The notes below the pieces were generated by a model that searched no databases, had not been told where the DNA came from, and worked only from the letters and a program-made list of their open reading frames with translations. Position numbers and translations under genes: made by a program. Below, one piece after another: positions 37,801-49,300 of a DNA stretch of 64,000 nucleotides (the stretch's first letter is position 1; every line of letters begins with the position of its first letter). The stretch is from an uncultured virus (IMG/VR IMGVR_UViG_3300030330_004454) (Duplodnaviria > Heunggongvirae > Uroviricota > Caudoviricetes). The stretch lies in IMG/VR virus record IMGVR_UViG_3300030330_004454; one strand, written 5' to 3'.

Positions 37801-40521
37801 GTATTCATTTGTTAGCATTTGAACGACTTCAGTATTGTTCGCCAACTTGCTAACATCAGATGGTCTTAGTACACCAACTGCTTCCGCTCTGCCGTAGTAA
37901 ACAGGGTATCCGTAGGGAGGAAAACAAGGACTTGCAGGTTTAGGTGGTTGTCTTAAATCACTAGAAGAAGCTACGTCATCTTCTTGGGGTTCCCTCGACT
38001 TTGCTCCTTCGTAATGATTCATGTTAGAAACAAATACACTTCTTGGGACGGACACGCCACATCTAAGATTATTTAAGTCTGCTTCTACTGTTTCAGGTAT
38101 TCCGTTAGGGTAAAAAGCATTTTGCTTATCTTTTATTTTTTGTAAATCTGCTGGACTAGGAGGAAGAAAGTCCGTTAGTTCTTCACCCTTAGCAACAAAG
38201 CCTTCCACGTATCTGCGACTATACTTTAATATGAATTCAGACCACTGTTCAAAAGAAACCATTGCGGCTCTTAATTCCATCTCTGTAGCGAGATAGTATT
38301 CACCAACACCAAAAGCGTTTAAAGATTGGGTGTTTAATAATATTTGCTGAAAAGGACCAAAACCAATTGGTATAGAAGCTATGCCGTCAGCAAGCTCACC
38401 ATAATACGGCAAAATCTGTTGCTTGAGGCTTTCACTAAAAGTCCACTGCTCTTTTTCTATTCTTGCTATTTCATTTTTAGCTTGCGCTCTTTCCTCATCG
38501 CTGCCCGTTTTTTCTATAATATGTAATCTAGTATCTCTATCCTTATAAGAAGAAAAGAAATACAAGTCTACTTTCTGCGCACCAACTAAAAATTTATCTG
38601 TAGTTTCATTCACCAAGTCAAAGCCAACATTAGCATTTTCATACTCATATTTTGATATAAACTTTGCTATCTCGTTAAATCCGGGTTGACGATTTTTATC
38701 TATAAAAGTTACACTAATAATACCGGCTATTAAATCATTTTCTGTGTAAAATTTACTAGTATTTATAGGTTCATTGTTAGTATCTAAACCCGTCTTTGGT
38801 ATTTTACCTTGTATTCTCTCTATGATTTTTTCATTATAATCTGAGATTTCTTTTACTGAATAAAATTCATCTTCTGGACTGGTATTATAAGAATCTAAAT
38901 ATTTTTTATCTATAGGAGGTAAAAGCTCTACAACAAAGTCTTTGTTAAAAATCTCAGCTATTTGTTGTATCAAATCTGTAATAGTTAAATCATCAGAGTC
39001 AATATAAATATCCTTCATTGCGTCTGCAACTGTTTTAGCTGGACAATACTTTCTTTGCGCGGGAGATTCTTCGCCAAATTCAGAATCGTACAATGTTTCT
39101 AACAGAGATTGGTCTAAAAACAAATCGTTCAGACCTTCTACGTTCAACGCAAACTTATATCCCCTAAAGTCTATAGGTCCACCAAATCCATTGTCTTTAT
39201 ACTCTTGAGGCATAAAGTAATTCATAAACCCAAGAGATTGAACAATTCTATAAAGAGGCATACCTTTGTCAGTTCTTCTAGACATGCCGTAGCCAGTTAT
39301 CGGAAACCAATATTTTACTTCGCTATCTCTCAAGATTTTGCTTTCAGGCATAGCTAAGATTTTATTCTTTATAATCTCGCCAATCTTCATAGAGCCAAGA
39401 TCTGGAAACTCTCTGCCGTGAGGATCTTCTATTTGACTGGAAAGCCAATAACAATCTTCAAGATTTATATACTTATTAAAATCTTTATTTTCATCATCAT
39501 CTAATGCATCATATTTCGTTAAAAGGTTCTTTTTGATAAGAGCTTTTTGTTCACCTTCACTAACTGATCCGTGAGTCTCTATGGTTTCTAAGAGTTCTTT
39601 TGACATGTCATGCTCTAAAAACCCATAGATATTAAACAAGTTCTTGTTGTTAAAAGTTGTTTCGCCGTAATCGTTTAGTATAAGAGTGCAGCTAGAAAGT
39701 ATTTCTTTTGGATCTACAACTGTAACGTTAAACAACGGATTTCCATTTGCGGATTTACTCTCAGAATAACTTTGTAATATACCGCCGAAAACTAGATGGT
39801 TTCTACCTCTAGCGGCAGTCACAGAACTAATATTAAAAAGTTCTGGGTCAATGTCTAAATTTGCCGGGTCATAAATTAAAGTTTGATCAACAAACGTATT
39901 ATTTGTTATTGGTTGAGGTGGATTAGCATCATCGTAATCAAAAACAGGTTTTTGTTCAGAAAAATCTTCGTCCTGTCGTAGAAAATGATTATCTTTAACT
40001 AATCTAAGATTATCTTCATCTCCCATTTCTTTTCTGGTTGCATTTCGCCCATCCTTTGTTACCCTCAACTCACTGTCTGAAGCTAATAGTTTGTATTTAT
40101 ATATCATCTCGTAACTTGGGGCATAAGCCTGAAGTGTAGATGCGTGATTTTTTCCAAACTTGAAAAACACAGGAGCGCCAATAGGAGGTGGGCTAAAACA
40201 ATCTGCTACCCCATTGTGATATATATCATCTCCGCTACCTAAAGGAACTTCATCAGACTTGTTGTATTCGTCAACAACCAAGCTTACACTCAAAGTGCTT
40301 GGCGAATCATTAAAACCTGCCGACATGTTAAAGTCTGTGATACTAGCACCAAGAAATGTTTGCTGCACATACCCCTCAGAGCCTTCTACCCAACCGCCAA
40401 CCGTAGGTCTTTTTTGTAGGTAATATTTATGTTCCTCATCATGAAATGCTCCGTCTGGAGGCATCATTCCATAATATTGACCTGAAGCAAAATTTTCTTT
40501 GTCTATATTATTAGTTGTCAT
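34876..40521 (-). CDS. Large hypothetical tail/baseplate protein (1881 aa)
   Basis: Long ORF. The N-terminal TFLGASI...LSVSLV and C-terminal VDSISLSVDSNGIKTT are suggestive of a tail-tip/hub protein. Confidence 0.55.
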   Translation of the reverse strand: MTTNNIDKENFASGQYYGMMPPDGAFHDEEHKYYLQKRPTVGGWVEGSEGYVQQTFLGASITDFNMSAGFNDSPSTLSVSLVVDEYNKSDEVPLGSGDDIYHNGVADCFSPPPIGAPVFFKFGKNHASTLQAYAPSYEMIYKYKLLASDSELRVTKDGRNATRKEMGDEDNLRLVKDNHFLRQDEDFSEQKPVFDYDDANPPQPITNNTFVDQTLIYDPANLDIDPELFNISSVTAARGRNHLVFGGILQSYSESKSANGNPLFNVTVVDPKEILSSCTLILNDYGETTFNNKNLFNIYGFLEHDMSKELLETIETHGSVSEGEQKALIKKNLLTKYDALDDDENKDFNKYINLEDCYWLSSQIEDPHGREFPDLGSMKIGEIIKNKILAMPESKILRDSEVKYWFPITGYGMSRRTDKGMPLYRIVQSLGFMNYFMPQEYKDNGFGGPIDFRGYKFALNVEGLNDLFLDQSLLETLYDSEFGEESPAQRKYCPAKTVADAMKDIYIDSDDLTITDLIQQIAEIFNKDFVVELLPPIDKKYLDSYNTSPEDEFYSVKEISDYNEKIIERIQGKIPKTGLDTNNEPINTSKFYTENDLIAGIISVTFIDKNRQPGFNEIAKFISKYEYENANVGFDLVNETTDKFLVGAQKVDLYFFSSYKDRDTRLHIIEKTGSDEERAQAKNEIARIEKEQWTFSESLKQQILPYYGELADGIASIPIGFGPFQQILLNTQSLNAFGVGEYYLATEMELRAAMVSFEQWSEFILKYSRRYVEGFVAKGEELTDFLPPSPADLQKIKDKQNAFYPNGIPETVEADLNNLRCGVSVPRSVFVSNMNHYEGAKSREPQEDDVASSSDLRQPPKPASPCFPPYGYPVYYGRAEAVGVLRPSDVSKLANNTEVVQMLTNEYFDFKDGEIQNITDADFVKACKDALKKLVDERRLNLPPVNTKNPDGTDRPQADIDAETKKQNDSIDAYEASLNALCEAFEGDELKDAVQEGFIDSNGNFLGFVNTLMRINLENAKKVHAFIKSIADEHLGKSFLVKIPNKTNLSYTKDVKVNQQPAENGRYITQGPFGFESIYQSGKFIPRNQQTEKLLFQDFLFTEHNSINKFPEYGVQYNPYIDDNVYSGYDDTKVFLKSEKDYSLTSVTGIDLNIISEYDPKLDGTGVLGQHLPKNLEPSSEQARKYKEGSLRSRYNPVSNDWDFNYVPQDKGGWHNFEINEDGLINKSNLYPVDAEKLKKDENRISAYAIYNNSQTLHFRNGNIGSIIQEVNDGDKRRMDIVTKMDNVGTEEPQLEKPLNSYTEDTVGKFDPNRTALEEHTAFIKSTVEEKLLFAPRFCVYRDLPVSACDFQYIDVGSSALDFITEDVIEGDDIDKAAIPTGTKLIQGSFINTVFAPKDKSNYRDVVSLEYANIFRKIEGDLGEPQNDVDGEPNPNAPTEKITKIGKGDLKRLPPALITQEKPSMNNEHVYALVKLSARPVSNIDRRFADGPQRSTSPVTVAKIWNRDTIKNGGPWGQSLLEPRALTKGIEEEKIKYISKITQGKDKPQVDEVLPLANPEILIDYVHPSPVIPDTVAIPLMSKERCYGPWRSNANIVTDDARKGGCNETFLNIGGKVEYQKDEELSPWKFDGYENMNKAGEIQVSFSNNLLLFTEKGNFTVPDVVPGIYIGRPLAQNIPLVDSISLSVDSNGIKTTVSMEMFSTKYGRTKKQRQEQLSRLTREEKLRRQNKNRLIRSGAEKPTPNKDLQDLIDSPAGSVNGPSAADVFSALQKKQTVYDSLVASVVPVKTNASVYNPQEENPQGSGLTVTKTSNTASFQSKGYLQEIQSNYTDINELNNSLQRTGGSILNDIYFPFDEDVYNPFMTNTPYVDIDSITRRTS

Positions 40522-41317
40522 TACTATCCTCTCCTTCGGCTGAATTTCCGTAGCCTTCTTCCTTTATTGCCTGTACGTCTTGTCCCTCTAAAAACTTTTC
40601 AACATCACTCTTAAATTCCTCGACCGGATCTTCATAAGTTGGTATAATAACGGGCTGGTTGAACTTTTCATAATCTCCAAGGTATGGTATCGTTATAGGC
40701 ACAGATGGAGTTCCAGTACCTTTGTGAATCATATACATTTCTCTAGAAAGATACAAAGGCTTGGAAACAGAAAAATCCCAAGGCTTAGGCAAGCAGTCGT
40801 CAGGATTTTTGACAGTATTAAATCCATTTGAAAACTTTCCACTACCTTCATTAAAATGAAATATGCCGCTATGTCTTGAAGGCGGGCAACCAAAAATGGA
40901 ACCCTCACCTTTGTAATAATAATCTAAACACTGACTAGTAATTCCCGTTGCTGAATCGTTGGGAGCCACATATATTCCAGATTGATAAAAAGCTTTAGTT
41001 TGTGATCCATTCTGGGGAATACCCCAATATTCGGCATTTTGCCTAAACGCTGTAGGACTAGTAGATTCTGCGTGCGGAGGGTTGGGGTAATGATAATCAA
41101 TCCCCTTCCCTTTTGGTTTGGTTCTATTTCCGCTTTTTGGGTGAACCCTTTCTATTTCATGACTTTGACTTTGTATATCGTAATATCCAGCTTCCCCACT
41201 TGCTAGAAGCTTGCCGCTCCTCATAGCCTTTGTGTAATCAGGATCACCTGTAGCCTCTACTGGTGGCTCTTCATGCACGAACAAAGAGAATATAGGTCTT
41301 TTATAAATACTACTCAT
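40511..41317 (-). CDS. Hypothetical structural-region protein
   Basis: ATG at 41317 overlaps the upstream TGA (ATGA coupling). Confidence 0.6.
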   Translation of the reverse strand: MSSIYKRPIFSLFVHEEPPVEATGDPDYTKAMRSGKLLASGEAGYYDIQSQSHEIERVHPKSGNRTKPKGKGIDYHYPNPPHAESTSPTAFRQNAEYWGIPQNGSQTKAFYQSGIYVAPNDSATGITSQCLDYYYKGEGSIFGCPPSRHSGIFHFNEGSGKFSNGFNTVKNPDDCLPKPWDFSVSKPLYLSREMYMIHKGTGTPSVPITIPYLGDYEKFNQPVIIPTYEDPVEEFKSDVEKFLEGQDVQAIKEEGYGNSAEGEDSNDN

Positions 41318-43329
41318 TTGTTTAGCTCGTATGTCCAACGTATAGAAAAACTATATCGACCAGTCTTTGGGTTCCAAGTTTCTTGAGGTGGATCATGAAA
41401 ATATTTTCTTATTCCCGGCTCGTACTGGGGGCTAATCTCATGTATCAGACTTTCTAGTTGCTCTGCCGTGGGATTAATTGCACTTGGTCTTCTTTGGATC
41501 ATCTTTCTTCCGGTCTCGTATGGAATTTTTGTACTATCCATAACCAGATCTATACTTAGGTCTCTAAAATAAGCAGTTCTACTACCAGTATATTGTAGCA
41601 CAGGTCCAGTCTGCCTTCCGATAACTGGAATGGTTGCAAAAACATCTCCGGGATAAGTCTCGTTAATATTTATATTTTCAAACAACACACCAGAGATAAT
41701 ATTAGTTGGCCTATTGTCAAAAGATAAACTATAATCTATCTCTCCTGTGTACTCATTCATACCCAAAGATATATCTAAAGGTTGAGAATTTAGTTCAACC
41801 GCAACCGTGGAGTTTGCTCTTCTGTATATATCAGACGTATATCCAAACACTCCACTTCTAGAGATCGTATACCATTTCTCTAGAGCGTTCATGTAAGGAG
41901 ACACCAAAAATCTTGGATCTTTTTTACTGCCATCTGCTATTAATTCATGGTCTTGATATTGACCTCCAAAATAAACACTACTGGGAACCAACGAAGACAA
42001 GCCTTTGATTTTACCTTGAACGTTCACATTAACAAAAGGGTTTTGATTATCAGAAGTTACAGACATGCTGTAGTTTTCAAAGTCTGTTCCAGAAGCAATA
42101 AGCCAAGTTTCTGTTACAGAGTAAGAACCATCGGAAACATTAATGTCCTCGTTTCGCGAGTGATTAAATCCATGATAGTAATTAGCTAAGTTTAAAGCGC
42201 CACTGCCAAAGAATCCGGGAAAACGACCTTGGGGATCGTTGTCGTTTCTATCTACATTTGGATAACCGCTACCTGCGGCATGTTTTGTGGTCCCATGAAC
42301 GATTCTGTTTTGTACAAATTTTTTAGCTTCTTTCCAAGCATCACTTTTTCCTTCTGGGCCATAGTGCGTCTTGCCGTTAGCAGATACGGTGTGAGTTACT
42401 ACATAAGATTTAGGTTGTATCAAATCTCTAAACGGCTGGTTAACACTGTCTGGATAAAGTTCAACATCTCCCATATTTTCTCCGAACTGCTCATCTGCTT
42501 CGATGGACCATTCTTCGCTAAAGTCTGAGATAAACGATTGATTAAATGTTCTCAAGTCATTTTCTGTTATTGATTGAATTTTTTTTGCACCACCTGAATC
42601 GCCGGTACTACAAGGTAAATTAGTTTGAAATTTCTTGAGAATTTTTCCATCTTCTAAATATTCTCTACCATAAATTCCAGAAATGTTATAAATACCAGAG
42701 GTAGCCATCAATAGTGTTGCGTCGGCATCCACAGTAAAGTTGCTTTGATCTGTAGAGTTATCAGTATTAGCTAACAATACATCTGCTTCCATTGTGATTG
42801 TGTAATCACAAGTATCAACATATAAACCTTCTGCAAACGAAATATTTGTTATCCTTGGATAAAATATCATTGTAGGATTTAACTGCTTCTCTAAGGCAGT
42901 TGGATCAAGACCCGCCCAGTCTGATATTTCAACTCTTTGACCATCTATTGCAAATAATGCCCTTAAAGATTTTTGCTTGCTAAAAATAGCCCCTAAAGCA
43001 GCCTTGTGATCTACCTGTTGCGCTCCGGGTCTATCGTGAGAAATGGTTTTGTCAAAAGAGCAATATGGGCCAACTAATTTTGTGCTATCTATATCAACAG
43101 GGCTTGGATCTGCGTAAAATTTAAACAAAGAATTTTCATCGTTTGTTTTAAATGCGTATGGAGTTCCCTCGTTAGCGATAAGCTTACCGTTTAATGTTAT
43201 TGAGTAGGTGACACCGAAAGCTTCTCCAGCGCCATTTTTAAGTATATTGCTATTAACGGAAATAAGAGGCGTGGGCCTGATTGTACAGGGATGCTCCGAG
43301 TCATTATTGTAGAATACAGTAATTGGCAT
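41314..43329 (-). CDS. Hypothetical tail protein with about four repeated beta-rich domains
   Basis: Repeated endings DYTITMEA, GSYSVTETW, GEIDYSLSF and GRYSFSIRW; lies downstream of the tape measure gene. Confidence 0.55.
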   Translation of the reverse strand: MPITVFYNNDSEHPCTIRPTPLISVNSNILKNGAGEAFGVTYSITLNGKLIANEGTPYAFKTNDENSLFKFYADPSPVDIDSTKLVGPYCSFDKTISHDRPGAQQVDHKAALGAIFSKQKSLRALFAIDGQRVEISDWAGLDPTALEKQLNPTMIFYPRITNISFAEGLYVDTCDYTITMEADVLLANTDNSTDQSNFTVDADATLLMATSGIYNISGIYGREYLEDGKILKKFQTNLPCSTGDSGGAKKIQSITENDLRTFNQSFISDFSEEWSIEADEQFGENMGDVELYPDSVNQPFRDLIQPKSYVVTHTVSANGKTHYGPEGKSDAWKEAKKFVQNRIVHGTTKHAAGSGYPNVDRNDNDPQGRFPGFFGSGALNLANYYHGFNHSRNEDINVSDGSYSVTETWLIASGTDFENYSMSVTSDNQNPFVNVNVQGKIKGLSSLVPSSVYFGGQYQDHELIADGSKKDPRFLVSPYMNALEKWYTISRSGVFGYTSDIYRRANSTVAVELNSQPLDISLGMNEYTGEIDYSLSFDNRPTNIISGVLFENININETYPGDVFATIPVIGRQTGPVLQYTGSRTAYFRDLSIDLVMDSTKIPYETGRKMIQRRPSAINPTAEQLESLIHEISPQYEPGIRKYFHDPPQETWNPKTGRYSFSIRWTYELNK

Positions 43330-46300
43330 TATCTTCCTCTGATTCTTAAAGTTAGTGGGCTAGTGCCTGACCCAGCACTTACTATTGCTACACCGCTTGT
43401 ATATAATGTTGGTATTCCAGAAACTAAAGTTGGTTCAGCGCCGCTTACAGACAATGTAACCGGAGTCGCACCAATACCACTACCCTCTTGAGCAACATTC
43501 CAAGAATTAGTAAATAAGCTCATATTATTATACACATCTGCCTGATCTGGACCTGTGATATACAAAGACATTCCAGAAGGTCTAATCTTAGCGCTGTCAA
43601 AGTCAGAGTCAAACGAACCTCTGTCAAAATCATGAATAGAATCTATATCTAAGCCGCTAGCCAGTGTAGGCCAAGCGTTGTCAATAAATATTCCTCTACC
43701 TTGCGTTATCAGATTAAGATTATTAGCTGCTCCAGTTCCGTCAATAGCGTCACCTATCACGCTCTCAACAAACGGCCTATGAGCAACAAAACCTTTTGCC
43801 GCAGGGTCATAACCGGAAACTTCTAGGAAAATATCTCCGTTTTCATTGGTGTAAATAAGCCCGCTTACAAGGTGAGAGGTTGGACCTCCTGTGGTATTTT
43901 GATAAACCAAATTAGTTACCATACCATCTTTTTGTGCTGGCTTTAGCCCAAATACTTGAGCGTCTATGTATCCAGCGCTATTAGGAATAGATGGTAATTG
44001 CTCTCTAAGCATAGCGTCAAATGTGTAAACAGATCCAGCATCCGTGTAGGTTGGAGTTATGTGGTTTCCGCTAGTAGTAAAGTCGTGTCTAGGAGCGCCG
44101 CCAACCAATGTGTAGTCACTGTCTCCACGTTTTGCTCTGTCAATTGCAACGGAGAATCCAAAATGATCATTTTCACACCCTGAAAGAGCGGCAAGCTGAG
44201 TGTTTCTATCGCTATAACCTTGAGTGTTAAGTTTTTCTGCAAAAATCCAATCTTTTCTTCTTTCTGCAAAGTTTGTCATTTGATGACGGAATGTATAAAC
44301 AGCACCATTATTGAGTACCATTTTACCGCTTTCTCTTTCAAATTGATCAATTCTCACTCCAGAACTACCAAAATCATAATATCTGTGTTGAGGTATATCA
44401 AACTCTGCATTAAATTCTTTTCTAATGAAAGCTGTATTAAAGTCGTTAGGAACAATACTTCCACTGTATATATGCTCATGAATTGTTTCAAAATCATGCA
44501 TTGGAGCGCCAACGGCAATAAAGTCAGAATCAATGCTGACAGAATATCCAAATCTATCAGGCGTAGCGGCATTGGTCAAAACAAACGAAGGAGTTAAACC
44601 AACTGGCTCATGCGCCCTCTTTTCTTCAAGTTCTGACAAGGTGCAGTTGTCTATACCTTCATTTATGCTGTCAGGCTTTATCTTTTCCTTGAACTCCCAA
44701 GGTAAGAACTCTGAAACAGCGTTGGTTCCTCTTCCTGTTCTTTCAAAGAAGAACGCAGCGCCTGCTCCACCTTGAGAGCTAATTTGTAGACCAGAGCTAA
44801 TTTCCGATGCATCGTAAGCACTCTTGATACCAGACCAAGTAACTGGAGTTTCACCTCTAAATGCATTGAAAGGAGTACCCACAACCAATTTGTCTTCATG
44901 GATGTCTATAGAATACCCAAACAAGTCGCCTGCGTATCCAGAAGCAAGCATGTCAAATTCAATATAATCCTTACCTTTGGCTTTCATAAAATCTGGTATG
45001 CCTCCAGCAATACCAGCATCAACATACAAAACACCATCAATTATACCGCTGTATCTAGGATACGCTCCGTATTTAGAAAGTTTATTTGCACCAAAGTTTT
45101 CTATTTCTTGTTTAATCTTTTCTAGTGTTTCAGGAGTAAACCTTCTAGTGACATCAGATGGATTGAATGTGTCTTCTTGATCTGTATAATTATCTAAATT
45201 ACCAGCAACGCCTCCCAGCGTGTAGCGAATTGTTTGATTTGCCAATCCTGTAGCAGCGTAATATTTAGGTGCGCTACCTCTTTCTGGCGCTCTTAGCTTT
45301 TGAGTAAATGCAAAGTTTCTTTTTCCTTGAGAAATTGTATCTTCATTTATTATATTTCTATCTGCCTTATCTGGACTCAAAGGATAAAGACTTCTGATAA
45401 ACGCTTGATTTTCGTCTTGGGCATCGTTTCTAAATGGGTTGTTGCCCTGAACTATGCTTGCGTCAGAGATAAGGATAATTCTAGATCTTTTCTTGCCTTT
45501 GCTAAAATCGGTGAAATGCTCTAACTCATCAGCAACCAACACAGGACCGTCCTCAATCTCAACTCCACCATAACCACTACAAACATCTCCATCAGGATTG
45601 CAGTATTTATCGTTGAGTGTAGATATTGGTCTGAATGTTTCTGGGAATGTTATAGTTTGCTCAGGAATAAAGAAAGGTACTCCTGAACATTCTGTAATGA
45701 AAACTTTTTTCTGTTTTGTTGTTGTGAACGTTTGAGTAGTAACCTCGATAGGTAACAAGCACCCGGACACAGATAATATTCTAGGCGTAAGCGGCCTGCC
45801 TCCATTAAAGTCTTTATTTTCTATTTTTCTCCATTCATTTGTATCAAAAGTTACTTCAAAATCTTCTTTATCATTAGGAACCCTAAAATCAACAACTGCA
45901 ACATTAGGTTCATTTGTAACTGTCTTAGATAATTTTCTGCTGCCGCCTTCATCAATAAATTCACTACCTTCATTGTCTGGCTCTGGTGAGAAATTCACAC
46001 CCTCAACGTTCATTAACACATCAAATTTTTCATCTCTTGTTTCTGACACCCAGTTAACAAAAAGTCTATAGCCAGAACCCGGAGTTACTGGGAACTTAAC
46101 TTTTCCGTCTGCATCTATTTTATAGAAAGTATGAGGATTATTATATCTTTTCTCTGTTAATGGATCTAGATAGCTGACAAGTTTTCTTGTATTAGCGCCA
46201 ACCTTCAGAGGAATATACGCATAGTCAGTAAATCCTGTTTCAAAATTAGGCTCACTAATTCTGTAGCCATTTCTAGGTTCAGCAAGTAAAGGACAAATTG

Positions 46301-49300
46301 CAAGTTTTTCTACTTTTGTATTAGAAGAAATTCTATTAAATCCATATCCAACTGCGCAACCTTTAAATACATCGGCATCAGAATCTATCCTCTGTACAAT
46401 TTCAGTTCTAGGATCATAAGGAATAGACTGATTATTAGAATCTGCTATTTTATCTGAATCTTTTATAAAGTAAGCATTGTTGCCCGTTGAATAGTAAGGC
46501 TTTGTGTTCAAAGAAAGTTTATCACATATGTATTCAATATGATTAGCTATTTCTTGATCGTTAGAATAAGTAATAATTAATTTCTTATCGCCCTTCTCCA
46601 TCCATTTTTTAATTCTGCTAACATCTGCATCTTGAGGCTTGGCGACAGGATTAGCAACCCAGAGAGTACTTACTGAATTAGGAATATCTCCAGTGTATAC
46701 CACTCCGCTACTAAGAGTGTGTCCACCCTGTTGGAATACTTTGTCAATTCTAGAATCTTTAAATGCGTCTCTAAACGAATCTCTTCCAGTCCAACCTCCA
46801 GCTTGATCTATGTTGGCAGAGTTATTGCAATCTTGCATAACAAGGTTGTTATAGAAGTATATGTTTTGATCTTTATTGTTAGGGTCTAATTCAATGTCGG
46901 GAGATTTACCTAAACTAAAATCGGTTTCAGCTTGCATAGAAGCCATTATTATGACTTTAGATGTTGTGGCTACGCCCTCGCTATAGTACACTTCTTCTGT
47001 TGCCAAAACGCTATCTGGAGAAACAACAACAGTGTCTGGAGGAACATCCACCGCATAAGAAGTACCTTCAGCTTGCATAAATGCGTTTCTGCTACCAAAT
47101 GCCTCTGGGTCAAAGAACTGGTCTCTATCAAACTCTAAGAAGTTACCATCTAAAGTAACTGGATTTGTTGTTTGAGACAGGTAGAACTCTCTCTCGTCTA
47201 TTTGGTTTTCTGCAAAATTGAAAAGTTTAGTATCTCTTCTGATTGTAGTTGTTATAATACCAGATAATCTAGTAGTGCATTCTTCGTTTTCTCCGCTGGA
47301 AGCAGGAACGATAATAGGGGGTCTTTGTTTAAACTCTGCTGCTGTCAGGATAGGAACAATATCTTGATTAGCTTTGTTTGGAAGTTGTGGTTTTACAATC
47401 TCTGGATAGAAGGTGCAGCTTTGAGCAGGATTAGTATTGTCAAAGTGGAAGGGCCAGTTGGTCTTGTATTCAATTTTACCATTAGGAAGAACAACGCACT
47501 CAGATTGCCACTCTGCCCTAAGATCTCCCAAGTGTTCTATGGGTAGTTCGCACTTAGAATTATTATCGTCACAATCTGAATATATCTTTAATTTCGTCAA
47601 ATCATCTTTAGATAGGTCAATTCTAATATCAGCAACACCACTAGCAAACATATTAGGAGCAGAAGCATAAACCTCATGACCATACTCAGGTCTATGCGCT
47701 CTTGTTACGTTGTACCTATTGGCGTTGTATTCATCCAACGATACGCCCGCAGACAAAGATTCGTATTCATTTCTAGCAGGAACAATCTGCATTCTGGAAT
47801 CCAACTTGTCAAGTATTTTATTAATTATATCGTTGGATTTTTCATAGAGACCGTTCTGCTCCCAAACCGGATCATTGCCAACCAATACTAATGTTCTATC
47901 ACCAAGCGACAACCAAGATTTAATATTATCTATAATCTCATCGCTTGCAGCGTCTAGCTCCGGTGTAATAATGAAGGCTAGTCCAGCATCGGTTGGAATT
48001 TCTATTTCAGAGAATGGCAATTTCTCAAATGGGATACCTTCTGGGGCAAAGAAGTCTCCCATACTTTCGTATGAAATATGTGGACCGTTAACACTTCTAT
48101 CCAAGTTACCAAATCTAGTATACTCTACAACTTTATTATGATTAGTGTACTCTCTAGACTCAAATACTCTAACGGCTCCAGCCTGCATATAAGAAGCCCA
48201 AGTATCTTCCGACTCACCCCATACGTTAAAGTCGTCAAACTCATTAAACGAGTCAGTAGGCGCTCCAAACGCCACGATATTACCGCTTTCTGAAACTGCC
48301 GTGCTAAAGCCCATTCTAGACGTGCCAGCAAACTCATAAGGCAGAAATGCCCATGTTCCAACATAGCCAATATCTCTATGATCGTATTTAAATACTTTCT
48401 TATAAAGATTAATTTTGCTGTTGCCCCAGAATAAATCATCATTTCTAATCAGGAATTTATTAGGTTGATCTAATTCTAGATATATCTGCTTACCTGCGGC
48501 AAGAGCGCCAGAGGCAGCTAGCAGTGTGTTATATCTTTCTTTTTGAGCAGGAAGTCTTAGGTCTAACCATTCTCCTACCTTTTTGTACATTCTTTGGTTT
48601 TCTGTTTCGTCTCTTTCATAGATCAAACATGGCTCAATAGAATAAGGTGATCCGATAGAAATAACTTCAGAGTTTTCGCTGATAGAAACCGCATGTCCAA
48701 ATCTATCGTTAAACCTGTCTCCATACATCAATGCTGATGGGTCGTCATCTTCTAATCCTTCCATCTCAGTGTTCATCAAGTCTTCTTCTGGAGAAACTAT
48801 CTCTTGCACGACATTGAACTTGCCTGCTTCTTTCTCAAAGACGAACACTCTACCGCCAGACTCTGGCGGAATTTGGAACTCGTAAGCATTTGCTTTGGCG
48901 TGTTGTTGACCAACGCCACTGGTAATGTATATCAACGCATCGTTGGCAATCAGATTTCCAGTAGCAAGTGTTTTGTCCATGATTTCAACGGACGCATCAA
49001 ACCAAGCGAAACTATCAGAGAATATTTGGTTTCTGTAACCACTTTGAGGTGTTGACTCTTCAAGATTTTCTACGCCGCTAGCGTAAGAATAATCTTCGTG
49101 GAATCTAATGAAGTTTTCCAAAGCCCCTTCGTAAGCTGCTTTGTTGCTTGTAGATGGAGTATCATCTCCAAAAATACCAACAATCGGTGGGATTCCGCTG
49201 TAGATACTTTCATTTGTATATGGGAATATCTCTTTAAATTTAGTTTCTATTCCGCTAGACATTTGATTTAACAAATTTTCATAACTATCAGATGTGTCTA